A stretch of 64,000 nucleotides of DNA, taken from the human T2T-CHM13v2.0 reference genome, Homo sapiens. Under the pieces are notes generated by a model, which was not told where the DNA came from, did not search any database, and saw only the letters and a list, made by a program, of their open reading frames with translations. Shown here one piece after another: positions 1 through 14,580 of the stretch. Numbering within the stretch: the stretch's first letter is position 1; the number at the start of each line of letters is the position of its first letter. Made by a program: the position numbers and the translations under genes. The stretch is from the NCBI GenBank assembly GCA_009914755.4, contig CP068257.2, positions 7,968,001 to 8,032,000 on the forward strand, in the 5' to 3' direction.

Positions 1-780
1 CTTCCTGTGGCTGACAGCATCAGAGGTCAGGATCACAATGAATTTTACCATTTTGATGGGGATTTTAAAACGTGACTGTTTAAAAAACGCTTCTTTGAAA
101 ATTTTTTTAATCTTGATTTATATAAGCATTTATTTCTTGATAAGATTTGAATTATAACCTAATTGATAGACTTAATATTCTTCGGGGCTAAGACTACATG
201 AGAAAAAAATGTTATACAGATTTTTTAAATGATTCCTGGGCTTAAGGAAAAAATTACTTTTAAATCCTTACCAGTCTCCCAGATAATTAGTGAGCAGGTG
301 TTGCCTGGGAGTGTAAAGATTTTTAGGTCTTATGACCTCGTGGCCGCTTGGTCCAAAAAATAAGATTACTTGCCTCTTTCCTTATTCTTACCGGATAGAA
401 TGAGACTCGTTTAAAACATCTCGTTTAGGTTAGAAAAGAAAATGGGAGACCATATTTGTAATTGACCTAACATTTATAAGTACCTGATTTAAATGAACTT
501 TACTCAAAGCACACTCCACAAAAGGCACTTCAAATTTCACTGGAGCACAGCCCTTTGTGTTGTAGAATAATGTAGAATAAAATGGCTTTCTTTTTTAACA
601 CCACCACAACACTCAAGGAAATGAAAGTAGGTAAGGCATCTATCTGTGAACAGCAGTGCTATCCATTCCATGAATGTATAGGGTTTACTCCATGTTAGGC
701 ACTAGGGACAGGATGGCAAACAGGGCAGACAGGTCCCCTGACCTCTTCCACCACCCTACAGTCGAGTGAAGAAAGTAGAT

Positions 781-948
781 TTTTTAAAAATTATTATTAT
801 ACTTTAAGTTTTAGGGTAAACGTGCACAATGTGCAGATTAGTTACATATGTATACATGTGCCATGCTGGTGTGCTGCACCCATTAACTCGTCATTTAGCA
901 TTAGGTATATCTCCTAATGCTGTCCCTCCCCCCTCCCCCTACCCCACA
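781..948 (-). mobile_element. L1 (LINE-1) 3'UTR terminal fragment, 5'-truncated. The poly-A end reads as T/A-rich at about 781-800.
   Basis: Sequence 'ttttagggtaaacgtgcacaatgtgcagattagttacatatgtatacatgtgccatgctggtgtgctgcacccattaactcgtcatttagcattaggtatatctcctaatgct...cccctcccc' is the reverse complement of the primate L1 3'UTR end (...GGGTGCAGCACACCAACATGGCACATGTATACATATGTAACAAACCTGCACATTGTGCACATGTACCCTAAAACTTAAAGTATAATAAAAA). Confidence 0.8.
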
Positions 949-950
949 TT

Positions 951-1218
951 GCTCTTGTCTCCCAGGCTGGAGAACAGTGGTGCTATCTCGGCTCACTGCA
1001 ACCTCCGCCTCCTGGGTTCAAGCAATTCTCCTGCCTCAGCCACGTGAGTAGCTAGGATTACAGGTGTGCAACATGACACCTGGCTAATTTTGTATTTTTA
1101 GTAGAGATGGGGTTTTGCCAGTTGACCAGACTGGTCTCGAACCCCTGACCTCAGGTGATCCTCCCGCCTTGGCCTCCCAAAATGCTGGGATTACAGGCGT
1201 GAGCCACCATGTCCAGCT
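951..1218 (-). mobile_element. Alu SINE in minus orientation. It lacks a poly-A tail at the 951 end and abuts the L1 fragment.
   Basis: Reverse complement of the Alu consensus: 'ggctggagaacagtggtgctatctcggctcactgcaacctccgcctcctgggttcaagc...gcctcccaaaatgctgggattacaggcgtgagccaccatgtccagc'. Confidence 0.9.
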
Positions 1219-1968
1219 AGATTTTAAATATTAACAAAATAATTACAAGTTCTGATTATTACTATTAAGAGAAAAGCACAGAGATAAAATAACATCAGAG
1301 AGGGGGCACCACCACTTTAGGAAGCCAGGTAAGGGCTGGAGGAGGTGAAATTTAGGCAAAGATTAAAGGACATTAGGAGTCAGACCTGCCATAGCAGGAG
1401 GGAATAGCATCCCTGGCAGAGAGGAAAGCTTGTTCAGAGCCACAGTCCTGAAAGAAGCTTGTTTGAGGGACTACAAGAAGACCAATGTGCTTGAAGCATA
1501 ATACATCTAAGATCAGATGTGTGATGAGTTTGAAGAGGCAGTTAGATCACCGTAAGAACTTTGGAGGGCTTTTGGCAGGAGAGTGACATGATCTGATCTG
1601 ATGTATATTTTGAAAGGTCACTCCAGCTTCCAGGTAGCAGTGGAAGAAGACATGCAAAAATCACAATCATAACTTACACGGCGTGGTAGCTTGGAGTACG
1701 GAGGAAGAGGAAGAACATTTGGGGCATATTTTGGAAGTGGAATAAACAGCAGATCTGCTGGTGGATGGAGAAGGGTGGGGTGAGGGTTGGTAATGAGGAG
1801 CCAAGGATGACTCTTTTTCAGGTTGGAGTAACTGGGAAGGCTTGGAAGACTAGTGGAGAAACAGGTTTGGAGAGAGAAGTCTCAGTCCCTTAGTCATTCA
1901 CCTCAGTTTCTTAGTCACTGGAATACCTTCGATCTCTTATCTACCACTTCTTTAAAAACATGCGTAAG

Positions 1969-2447
<479 letters not shown>

Positions 2448-3545
2448 CTAAACTAACCCCAGATTTTATATATATATATATATAAAAAACAAGAGCTTAC
2501 AGAACAGGCAGCACCAAGTGGGAGCTGGGGGGCTTGTCTTGATGTTGCATTTGATAAATATACACCGTTTTTACTCAGATTATATTTTTGCTTAGATTTG
2601 GGCTAAAGATCCCCAAAGCTGCCCCTTGGTATTGACACTCATTAAGAAATTAAGGAAGAGATAGTACTATTGAACTATTTTCCAAAAAAAGAAAAAAAAA
2701 AAGACAAAAACCCAAAACAAATGGGATGTGATGTACATTTTCCATGTTATTTTATACATGAGCTATCTTTCCAATACTGAAGTTGGTTTAGCAAGAAAAG
2801 AATTAAAGACTTCAAAGTGCAAGCCAAGAGCCAAAACCACTCTCAACAGCCCAAGGTTGTGAACGTATTTAATTTTCCCTTTCCCTGGGAAGTCATTTCT
2901 TGGATCATTGACTTACTATTATTCTGTAAAACAGTGGTAGCCCCTGCCTTCCTCTGCTTGCTGCCAAGAGTATGATCCAGCAGTGGGGTCTGAAGAGTTT
3001 ATGTTTATTGGATTTTAATGACTTAGTTAACAAAGGTCATTCCTAAAAGTAATAGAAAACTAAGGGTGTGGAAACAGAACGGAAAAGACTGACTCGAGGG
3101 TTATTTCTAGTAGTTCCTTGGTGTTGTCCTTAGATACATGTTTAATCCTTAAAAGCAATTATGAAGGAGTCTTCCTCATAACCAATTTACTGATGCTATA
3201 TTCAACTATACTTGTAAAATGTTATTTTAGACCTCTCAGTAACAAAAGGAACAGGGCTTAAAATATGTTAGATAATATTGCCATAAACAATGTACAGTTA
3301 ACATAATATTGCTGACAGTATAATTGTAATTCACTGTAATACTTGAATGCCACAACTGTAGTGCTTCCATTATCGCTGACAGTAGGAAATAACTTCAGTC
3401 TCAGGTGAAATCTGGTTGGATACAAATCTCCAAGTTAAAAGAAACCTCAAAGACCATTTAATCTTGTCCTTTTAAATATTTAGTAACTCATTTGGTAGTA
3501 AATATTTATCCAAATTATGTTTCTTAGACTGTAAAAGAATTTCCA

Positions 3546-3691
3546 GGCTGGGTGTGCTGGCTCACACCTGTAATCTTAGCACTTTGGGAGGATGAGGCAG
3601 GAGGATCACTTGAGTCCAGGCGTTCGAGAACAAATTGGGCAACAAAATCAGACTTTATCTCCATTCAAAGTAAATAAAACTAAAAAAAAAA
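3546..3691 (+). mobile_element. Alu left-monomer/FLAM-like element, first of three tandem head-to-tail Alu units
   Basis: 'ccaggctgggtgtgctggctcacacctgtaatcttagcactttgggaggatgaggcaggaggatcacttgagtccaggcgttcgag' plus A-rich tail. Confidence 0.75.
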
Positions 3692-3695
3692 TTAG

Positions 3696-4190
<495 letters not shown>

Positions 4191-4853
4191 CCTTGAGCTA
4201 AATGGTGATTGAATTATTTAAAATTAAATTGATGAGATCATTTAAGAATATGTGGAAAGAAAGAAATTTACAGTCATTCCTCAGGTATAAATTAAATATT
4301 TTCCACCTCAAAAATCCAATGACATGAGATATAAATGTATAGTTCACATATGTAATACATTTCTCACATGGTTACAGAACCTTTCTGATCTGGCTCCGGT
4401 TGACTTTTCCAGCCTTATCTCATTTCTCCTCCCTCCTTCCAACCCTGTTTTTTCCTCCTCTCCTTAGCTACAGCCTTACTAATCTTCCTACTGTGAGACT
4501 CAAACCCACGCTGCTCTCAGGTCTCAGGGCCTATGTACCAGTAATTCCCACTGCCTGGAATCCCTTGCCCTCATTCTTTGTTGGGTCATTCTGCAGACCC
4601 AGTACTACTTCCTCTTGGGAGCCTTTGTCCATCTCCTCTTCCCCCAATCTCCGAACCCCACCAAGACGTCAGTAGTTCTTGAGCAACCCTCTGCTTAATT
4701 TTCCTGGGATGACCAAAACTAACACTGTCTGATCCGTTGTTCAATCCCCAATCCCTAGAACAGAGCTGCAACATAACAGGAACTATAAATGAATGAATGG
4801 ATAAAGACAGCACTGAAGAACTTGAAATTATAGTTTACACATGTAAACAGTAA

Positions 4854-5199
<346 letters not shown>

Positions 5200-6129
5200 A
5201 AGTTGTTGTTTTTAAAAGATACATTTCAACTCACTTCTCTAAGGTGGGAATACACACAGCCTGCCATCAGTTTGACATAAAACAAAAATTTTACCCTTGT
5301 CGCATGCTAAATTTCTTTTACTAGGTTAAAAAAATGTAGAATCCAAAGAGCTGTAAATGCAAATGACAAATACTGTACAAAATCTATCAAGCAACTATAA
5401 GTCACAACTTGCAAGCTTTCTCCTCAGCAAATGAGTTAAAAGGAAAAATATTTGAAACTTTCTTGGTGGAAAACGAATGACCTTTAAAAATGCCAGCATT
5501 TTCCCCAGAGAATAGATTTGGTCTGAGTTCTTCATTTCTGAAATTGTACAAGATAAGACCTCTTGGTTTGAGAGCCAAACTGCATCCTTCTATGAAGGTT
5601 TTAGATATTTTAAGTCTCCATACAAAACACTCCCCTTATTTTGAGAACAAAAGGAACAATAAGACAGCCTAGGCGGGGAAGAGAAAGAAAGGCCTTGAAA
5701 CAAAGTCCCTGGGAAGGTAAAAACAACAACAAAAATAGTAAGTTAGAGCTCGTGTTAGATCTGATAACTCAAAACTGCACAACGTTTGCCATACATCGAA
5801 AGCAACATGGGAAAACAGAAAAAGAGATCACAAACATTTTTTTGAGTGTCCTAACTTGTAGAACCCCTAAGAATGAATCAAATACACTTGGACAAAGCTC
5901 TTTTTTTCTCTCTCTCCTTCAAGTCACAGACTAGGGGTGTGGGGCGGGGGACGGGGAGTAAGACGGGGTCTCTAATAAATACAAGACCCAGTCTCGGACG
6001 TGTTTATTTGCTGACATTTTAGAAGAAAAATGGGCTACTTACAATTAATGAACCAAACTACCAAACTAAAATCATGAGTAGGAGGAGGAGTAAATGGAAC
6101 TGTCTGGGCGAAGTTTCAGGAAGGTGAAA

Positions 6130-7365
6130 GCTGGGGTCGCTGAGCCCTCCCCCACCCATAGCTCGGGGCTCTCCAGTCGCTCCCGGCCCCCAGCGCGGAC
6201 TTTCGGGCGCCGACGGCCCAACCATACAGACTTCGCAGGATGTAGCCCCCTTCTCCCCTCTCCAAGAGAGAAAAGTGCTAGGAGACGCAAACCGTATTTC
6301 CGTGTCCGAGCGTTGAAACCTGAGGAGTCGCACGCGGGGCGCCCACACTCGTTCCCGGGGAGCCCCAGCCCGGTCGCCCGCCCCGGTCCCAGCTCCAGCC
6401 CGGGCCTCCCTTACTCTGGGGCTCCATGGTCGGCTGCTCCCCGGCCTCCGCGGGCGAACGCCCGGACTCCTAACGCCTCTCAGCCAGGTCCGGCGTCGCT
6501 ACGGTTGCCCTGACAACCGGGAGGCGGAGTGGGCAGAACCAGAGGGACTGCGAGCGGGAGGGACCAAAAGCCGCAGGAAGTGAGGGAGCGCGTGAGGATC
6601 CGCCCGTCGCCGGGGACACTGAGAGAGGGTAGCGGCCAGGTCACCGGCTGAGGACACTGCCCCTGAAGCCCGGTCAGGCGGTCGCGCCCTCCCTGGCGGC
6701 CCCCGCGGCCTGGCAGGACCTGTGCCCCGACGTCGCCGACCCACGGCGTCCGTCGGGCGAGTGGGCCTGCCCGCGGGTAAGGCGCCGGCTCTGGGCCGCC
6801 CTCCCGGGACTCGGGAGGCGCCGCTGCAGGTAACAGCTGGGCCCCGGCGGCGGAAGGGGTTGGGGGTCGGCGCAGGGGCGGGCGCGCCCCGAGCCGGGTG
6901 GGTGGCCCCCGCGCACCTGTTGTAGCCGCCTGGGGGTCCCCTGCCCGCAGTTGGCCGTGGACGTTCCCCGCCCCGAATCCGAAACGCCGAGGGCGGCCTC
7001 CGCGCCTCCTGCTCCGGGAGCCACGCCTCAGCGGGAGGACGGAGCCCTGCGGGCAGCCCTCGCACCAGGACCTCCCTCGGAGCCCGGGCATGGGCCGGGC
7101 CTGGGGTGGTCCCTCGAACCCCCCTGACGGGAAGCGTGGAGCAATGCGAGCCGCTGCCGTCGTCGCTGTTGTCCCCAGTGAGCCGGGAGCGCCTCCTGAA
7201 TCGCGAGAGCCAAGAGCACGGCTTTGCCGTCATCCCCGTGTCCCATTTCAGGCAGGGGGCCCGGGTTGGATCTTTGTCGCTGGCTACGTTTTGTGTGTGT
7301 TGATTTGTTTCAGTCCTTCGCGTTTCCGGTTGAGTTACGGAATCTGCCCACACGTTTTGTGGCCA
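6130..7365. promoter_or_regulatory. CpG island of about 1.2 kb with very high GC and dense CpG. It is a probable promoter and first exon of an unidentified, possibly non-coding, transcript. Candidate + strand splice donors lie at about 6776|6777 (CGG|GTAAGG) and about 6829|6830 (CAG|GTAACA).
   Basis: The run from about 6130 to 7365 has sharply higher G+C and CpG frequency than the flanks. Examples are 'gcgggcgaacgcccggactcc', 'ggcggcccccgcggcc' and 'ggggcgggcgcgccccgagccgggtgggtggcccccgcgc'. GC-box-like GGGCGG/CCGCCC motifs are present. Two GT donor-like sites follow GC-rich exon-like sequence. No convincing long ATG-initiated ORF was found. Confidence 0.6.
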
Positions 7366-9500
7366 AACTTTGTAGGGCTGTGAAACAATGTAACATTATC
7401 TCACACAATAGTCTTTCATACTGGTTTTAAAACACAGTGATGCAGGGTTTGCTTTAAGGAAGCTTTGAGGATCACAAGGGATTATTATCTGGTAGGTTGT
7501 AAAAATTCAAACAACCGGGAGAGTGTCATAGGTTCTGGAACACCGGAAGGAGGAAAGAAAAATGGAGAGGAGAGAAAAAGGATAAGCAAGAAAGTGCAGG
7601 GGCATTAAGGGTGTGGGGGGCTGCAGGATTGATTTGGTACTCAGGTCTGGAGATTATGGCCCCTCTATTAATTCCAACCGCTGCTCCAGACAGTACTTGA
7701 GGGAAATGGAAGGAAGAGCCGTTTTGGGGGTCATGCAAGTGATTACTAATCTTGCCAGTATAAAGATTTCCACTCCATGGATGACAAGGACACTAAGGAG
7801 AATTACTTTCCTCTTAGAAAGGGAATCATTGAGAGGTTAATTGAACTTGAGAAGCATATATTCTGTGATGGAAACTGACATTTATTATATTCTTCCAAAT
7901 TAGGTTTTCCCCCTCTTAGACTATATGGGGACTTTTTCAGATTAATTGTCAAAACAAGAAGGTTTACGTGTGGATATTGACTAGCAGCGTGATATATACA
8001 GAACACATAATTCTCAAGCTGAAGTATTAAGGTAATAAATTAAGGGTGGAAAGTAAACACTTCATGGAACCTTAACTCCCTGTTCCTGAAATTTGGAGAC
8101 AGGGGCTTCATTTTTAGACAGAAAGTATCTAAAGATCAGCAGTACTTCTGTATCCAGTGGTTCTCAAGTTCTAGTTTACATATCATTAGCAAAATCACAA
8201 AGCGATCTTTTCATTCAAGATACAAATAGAGTGATCAGTATATCATAATCAAAAGTGACAAGATAGTGATTTAAAAAACACCTGGTATTTATTGACAAAA
8301 GAAAAGGTAGGATTAAGGCTGCTCAAACAGTAAAGGATTAGCATTAGTATTTTTTAAAAAAGAAGAAACAACAGTTCAGGTCTCTATGCTAAAGTAGTAA
8401 GGACTGAAGAAGTTTTAAGTTTGGAAAAAATGGAGATATGTATTGGTGAAACACTGTAATCATATAGAATGATTATTTTATCAGCAGCTGTGAAGTTGAC
8501 TTTGAGGAAATTTTGAATTGAAATACTTTAGGTGACAAGTAAAGGCAACTGTGAAAAGCAACATTTGATTTTAGCGGACAGGGTACCTGTGGAAGAAGAC
8601 TGGTTAGGAGTGGAAGTGAGGTGTAAAGGCACTGAAATGTCTGAGGCAGGGACAATATTCAGTTTCTCTTCCTCTATCACCTAGTGCAATGTACTTGTTA
8701 AACGTTTGTTGAATGAGTGAGAAGGACTTTAGAGAAATTGCTTTGGATATAGGGATACACTTTACTATTGGAGAAAACACCCGAGATCAGAAAGTTGCTA
8801 ATGAGATAGGTGTGGGGGATGAATGGTAAAGACACTGATTGTACCTTTTTGGAGTTTTCTACCATTGTGTTTTATTTCTTTTCACCGGCATGTTCAGTAT
8901 GTTATTAGTGGTCAAATGAAAAGGAATAAAGTTCTATATATATTTTTTTAAGTCTCCAAGCTCATTACTAGATAGAATAGTTACATTATTGTTTACTTTG
9001 CTGATGTTTAGCTAAATGTAGCAAACTGAAGCATTATGGATCGGGAATAACAAAGCAACAATGAAGAAACAGATGTTGTCTTTTTCTTATTTAAATCTCT
9101 TGACTACCTAGAATTCAACGTAGAAATAACTTTAGTGGGAGGTTAACATTATTTAATGCAAATAGGTTGATAAAAATGTAGCAAATGAACATGTTATTAA
9201 TAGTTCTGTCTTCTAGCCTTACTGTGGTAAGTTGAAGGAAGTTTTCATTTTTGTTTTTGTTGGTTTTAGGGTTTTTGTTGGTTTTTGTTTTCTTTACCAG
9301 AGTGAGGGTACTTTTTTCTCTATCTGATACTTTCTGAAACTCTTAAGGAGTTCGGTCAAAAGTGGAAAACAATCAAATTTCTATTTTTGGTGTTTTCCTC
9401 TTTGTTCTCCAAACTTGTCATGGTCTACATTCAATGTGTTGCACTCACATGGAATGTCTGTCTCTCAGACCTTTACTCGTCCACAGTCTAAAGGAGACTG

Positions 9501-9897
<397 letters not shown>

Positions 9898-11474
9898 CTA
9901 CTGGGGGTGCTACACGGTTTAGCATTTAGCTCTGTAGGATGCTTTCGTATAGAATTTTATCTCATATGGATGGGTCTTGTACCTCTGACTAGATTAAATA
10001 TGTTTGGAGCTAAGTGCATGACTTACGCTTCTTCTGTGTTGCTTTTAGCACACTGTGGGCTTCATTCTGTACCTGATAATTTAAGTAGGGTAATAATAGA
10101 GAGGTCAAACCTTTAGTTTGGGGTCATTGCATTAATTTCTAGCTTTGCCCCTTTGGAAAAACAGAAACTCTTATTTTGTCATTGATAACTTGGGATAATA
10201 ACACCTGCAATGGTTGTCTGATAGTCTAGTTGTGAGAATCAAGATAAATGTGATTATAGATTATGAATGAAAATATCTTGTATGTCGTAATGAACTTTTT
10301 TAATATAAAGGGCTGTTATTGACTTAGGCATAGAGCAGATATTGATACCACATTCACAATGTCTTAGGTACTTCCTGGGCTCTGGAATTGCATGTCATAA
10401 AGGGTGAACAGGAAATGACCAGGTGCTTCTGAAGCAGAACAGCCTGGGCTGAGGCACGAAGGCCGGGAGAACAACTAAGCCATGGTTTATTCTGGCTGAA
10501 CTGGAGAATACTTCTTCATGTGTATTAGCAGAAAATGGGAGGAAGTAAGGCCAGAAAGGCAAATGTGGGCCAAATCAGAAGGAACCTAAGGACCATGAGT
10601 TTATCTTCCTTAAAGGTAATAAGGAGGATTTGGGTCAGTGACTGGATCAGTTTTGCATTTGGAAAGGATCACTGGCAACACTCAAATGACAGATTGGTAG
10701 AGAGCCTAAATGGGAGACAAAAAAATTGGAGATGTTGCTGAACCTCAGTGAAGAAATGAAGAGAACTAGGAGAGCGACGGTGGGAATAAGAAGGAGGGGC
10801 CACTAAAAAAGGTAGAATTAGCAGATCTTGGTGATACAGGAGATGAGGAAGGAGAAGCCAGGGATGACAGTGGGGTGATAGAGTGGATCATTCTGTTATT
10901 CATTGAACTCTAAAGAAGAAAAAAAAAATTTTGAGGAGTTTAAGAAGTGGGGTAGATGTGTTCAGTTTGAGAAGCCTGTCATATATGTTGGGAGGTCCCA
11001 TAAGTAGTAGTAGTTGGACATGTGGGTCTGGAACTAAAGGAAAAAAGTCTGAGATGAAGATAGAAATTTGGATTAAGCATTTAGTGATTGAAGTTAAAAT
11101 GTGATGATTTTCTCCAGGAATATTATGTGGAATAAGAGGGTAAAGGATAGAGCCCTGAAGTATGCACATTTTACGTTGTGGGGAGGGGCTGATGGTGGAA
11201 GAACCCGCGGAGACTAAGGACCAATGGTCAGAAAAGGGGGCTGAAAATCTGGGAGGATTAATGGAAGAGTGCCTACTCCTGAGGAGTTCATGCATTGGCA
11301 TTCCCCAAAATGATTATATTTTCCTCTAGCCACCGTAGAACGCACAACACAGTTCATCTATTATTGTTTTATTAAAGTTCATGTAAAATGACTACCCATT
11401 ACTTTGTTAACAACAGAAATCTTGTTATTTATGTTTAAAAATATTTTTTAAAACATTTTTAAACAGATTTTTTA

Positions 11475-11583
11475 GATACAGAGTCTTGTTATGTTGCCTA
11501 GGCTGGTCTGGAACTCCTGGGCTCCTCCAGCCTCAGCCTTCCAAAGTGCTGGGATTCCAGGCATGAGCCACTGTGCCTGTGGC
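11475..11583 (-). mobile_element. Partial Alu (5' half) in minus orientation
   Basis: 'gttgcctaggctggtctggaactcctgggctcctccagcctcagccttccaaagtgctgggattccaggcatgagccactgtgcctgtggc'. Confidence 0.8.
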
Positions 11584-12088
11584 TATTTATGGGTTTTTTG
11601 TCTACATTTGGGACAACAAATCAAGTAAAATGTAACTTTAGAAGTTGATTATGATTATGCCTCAAGCAAATACTTTAAAAAAAAAAGAGAGAGAGAGAGA
11701 TGGATAAAAGTTAATTTTGTGTATGTCTCAGGTAAAGTATGTTAACTTGGGGAGACCAGCAGTAACCTGTTCTTTAAATCTCAGCTTTTATTGAATCTCA
11801 CACAAAATTTTTCTCAGATATGTCACTAGACTACTTAAATAAGCCAGATTAGTATTTTTGCATACTTTATTAACTCTGCTTCTACTCAGAGTAAATTAGT
11901 TTTTGGAATGGAATGCAGTCAAAAAAATCATCAAAATAATATCACAAAGCACTGAGTGGTCCAGTCATTTGAACTTCTGACAATACCTTTGACTTAGAAA
12001 CCTATTTGTGGGGAGTGGTATATTAATACTATACATAAACATTGATTGAGCTCGGGGGGACTTTCTGTATATACATTTAAAAATATGT

Positions 12089-12214
12089 TTTTTTTTAATA
12101 GAGACAGGGTCTCACTGTGTTACCCAGGCTAGTCTCAAACTCCTGGGCTCAAATTACCCTCCCCACTTGGCCTCCCAAAAGGATGGGATTACAGGCATGA
12201 GCCACTGCCCGAAG
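12089..12214 (-). mobile_element. Partial Alu (5' half) in minus orientation
   Basis: 'agagacagggtctcactgtgttacccaggctagtctcaaactcctgggctcaaattaccctccccacttggcctcccaaaaggatgggattacaggcatgagccactgcccgaaggc'. Confidence 0.8.
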
Positions 12215-12326
12215 GCTAAAATTTTTTTAAGTACCATTAGAATGTAAGGATTCTTTTTAAAAAATTTGATTGTGCAGGGTTGGTTATTCAACCAATATGC
12301 AATACAATATTCAATACTGTATATTC

Positions 12327-12385
12327 ATCACTTCTAGGCCTTTTGGCTAAGATCAACTGTAGTATCTGTTGTTATTAATATAATA
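12327..12385 (+). ncRNA. U2 snRNA-derived fragment. Only about the first 55-60 nt of U2 is present, so it is a pseudogene or repeat fragment rather than a functional gene. It sits within a short local duplication.
   Basis: 'atcacttctaggccttttggctaagatcaactgtagtatctgttgttattaata' matches the U2 snRNA 5' end 'ATCGCTTCTCGGCCTTTTGGCTAAGATCAAGTGTAGTATCTGTTCTTATCAG' with about 5 substitutions. Similarity then decays. It is flanked by a direct repeat, 'tattcaaccaatatgcaatacaa' at about 12296 and 'tattcaaccaattgtcaatacaa' at about 12388. Confidence 0.6.
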
Positions 12386-13942
12386 TTGTATATTCAACCA
12401 ATTGTCAATACAAGGCTGGTTGTATCTGATATGAACCAACATTGAGTTAAAAATGGACCTTTTTTTTTTAAAAAAAAAGCTAATTAACTAGATTTGCTTA
12501 CTTAAAATCAAAGCAATCAACTCGTTACAAGTCTAGAAATAAGGATTTTAAAATAAATTTTGAATTTTGACCTTATCTTTTCCCAGAAAGACTTTAAATT
12601 GATACTGGAAACCAAATAGGATATATTTTGGGAGATTTGAGGCTATTAAAACAAAGGCAAACAAAGAAGTGACCTTCTAAAAGTCCTAGTAATGATTAGG
12701 TCCATTGTTTCAATTAAACCATACCGTGCTTGAGAGATAAAGTGTATTAAATATTTGACTGTAACTTTGTATTAGAAATGTTTTTAAAATCTATAAAAAA
12801 GATTTACCAATCTATCTATACCATGTTTTTCAGTTTTATGGTATTTCTTCCAGACCTCTCTTCCTGACATCTCCATTAGTGTCAAGTATTTCTTCAACCC
12901 CCAGTGATGCAACGTGAGTCTATTTTTTAAAATGTAGTCTGGAAGCAATATGTAATATAGTCAGGAAGCAGTATGGATATATGGTTAAGTATATACACTA
13001 TACACTTAACTGAGGTTAAGCAGAGATCATAGTGCCTGACTTGAAGCACCTGCTCTACCACAGATGATCTTCTAGAAGCTGTATAAATTAAACCTCTGAA
13101 GGTTTACATTTCCTCATTTGAAAAATGGAAATAATAAAGTAAACCCTCATGAGGTCCTTAAGAGTTTAAATGAAATAATCCATATAAAGTGCTTAAGTGC
13201 TGAACATAGCATCTGGTATGCAATAATCACTCTATAAATGCTAATTGGTAAAATTATCATCATTGTTATTGTTAGTCCAACTATAGTAGTAGCATGGAAC
13301 CAGGATTCTGAAAAGTGTGGCCTGCAGATCAGGGTCAGTGCAGACTTACTGGTTTGCAGTGAGATCTGGAGCTTGTGCCAGAATGTAAATAGGCGATGTC
13401 ACTAAACATACTGATTACTGTTCAGCTGACTTTTTAAAAATAGCAAGACCTCTTCAGTGTAGGAAGCAGTTAGTTGATTTACATTCTGGTGCAAGCTCTT
13501 TACCTTGCCACAAACCAGCAGCAGAGTTGACATGGAGTATTGGACCAATGATCCCACTCTCCAAAAAATAATAGTCCTTTATTCTGAAGACGTTATTATT
13601 CACTCATAATACCTCATTAACTTTCTTTTTTTCTAAACATTGTAATAATAGATTATAAGTATATTGTTTATGAGTTCAGCAGATATTTATTGATCACATA
13701 GTTTGTGCACAGCCCTGTATCTTATTTTGCAGGAGTTGCAAAGCTGGCTCAGAAATTAATCTTGCCTTTAGGAAGTCTACCATAAACCCGCAAGAGGAAA
13801 TAAGTGAAAATCTAAATAAATGTGTTGAATATATGCAGTGATTGTTTGCAATAGTGTTATAGCTTGGTTCCAAAGATTTCAATATAGACAGATGTTTCCT
13901 TTTGCTGAGCTGCTACCAGAATAGGACAGAATTAATTATCTT

Positions 13943-14237
<295 letters not shown>

Positions 14238-14580
14238 TAATACCTTTTACGTTTTCAGCATTATGCTATCACAATAAAGTTCAGAGTTTGCTTTATTAAG
14301 ATAGTGTTTGAATCTTCTAGGAGATTCAGAAACCTGCAGTACTAGGGAAATCTGAGTTTTAGATATAATAACAAAATTATAACTTTTAAAGATTTGTATT
14401 GTAGAAGATTATCCTTAAGTGTTTTTTAAATTATTAATTTACTATTTCACCCTTCATGCAAATATATGAATTATAAATGATTGATTGTTCCATAGAATAT
14501 GAAGAGATATTAAATAAATATTAAAATATTTATAAAGTTTTGGTTAAAATGAGCACAATTTCTTCTCGAAAAAATTCACT

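Noticed and set aside
6058-7430. GC-rich ORFs up to 284 aa in the CpG island, considered as a possible coding first exon
   Set aside because: The ORFs overlap on both strands and several start at non-ATG codons. Their composition is Arg/Pro/Gly/Ala, typical of random high-GC sequence. No ORF runs cleanly from an ATG into the candidate splice donors. The region is kept only as a CpG-island or promoter call.
10430-11300. Possible old interspersed repeat (MIR/L2/MER-like) suggested by motif resemblance around 'ggatcactggcaacactcaaatgacag' and 'gccctgaagtatgcacattttacgttgtggggagg'
   Set aside because: The resemblance is too vague to call without a Dfam search.
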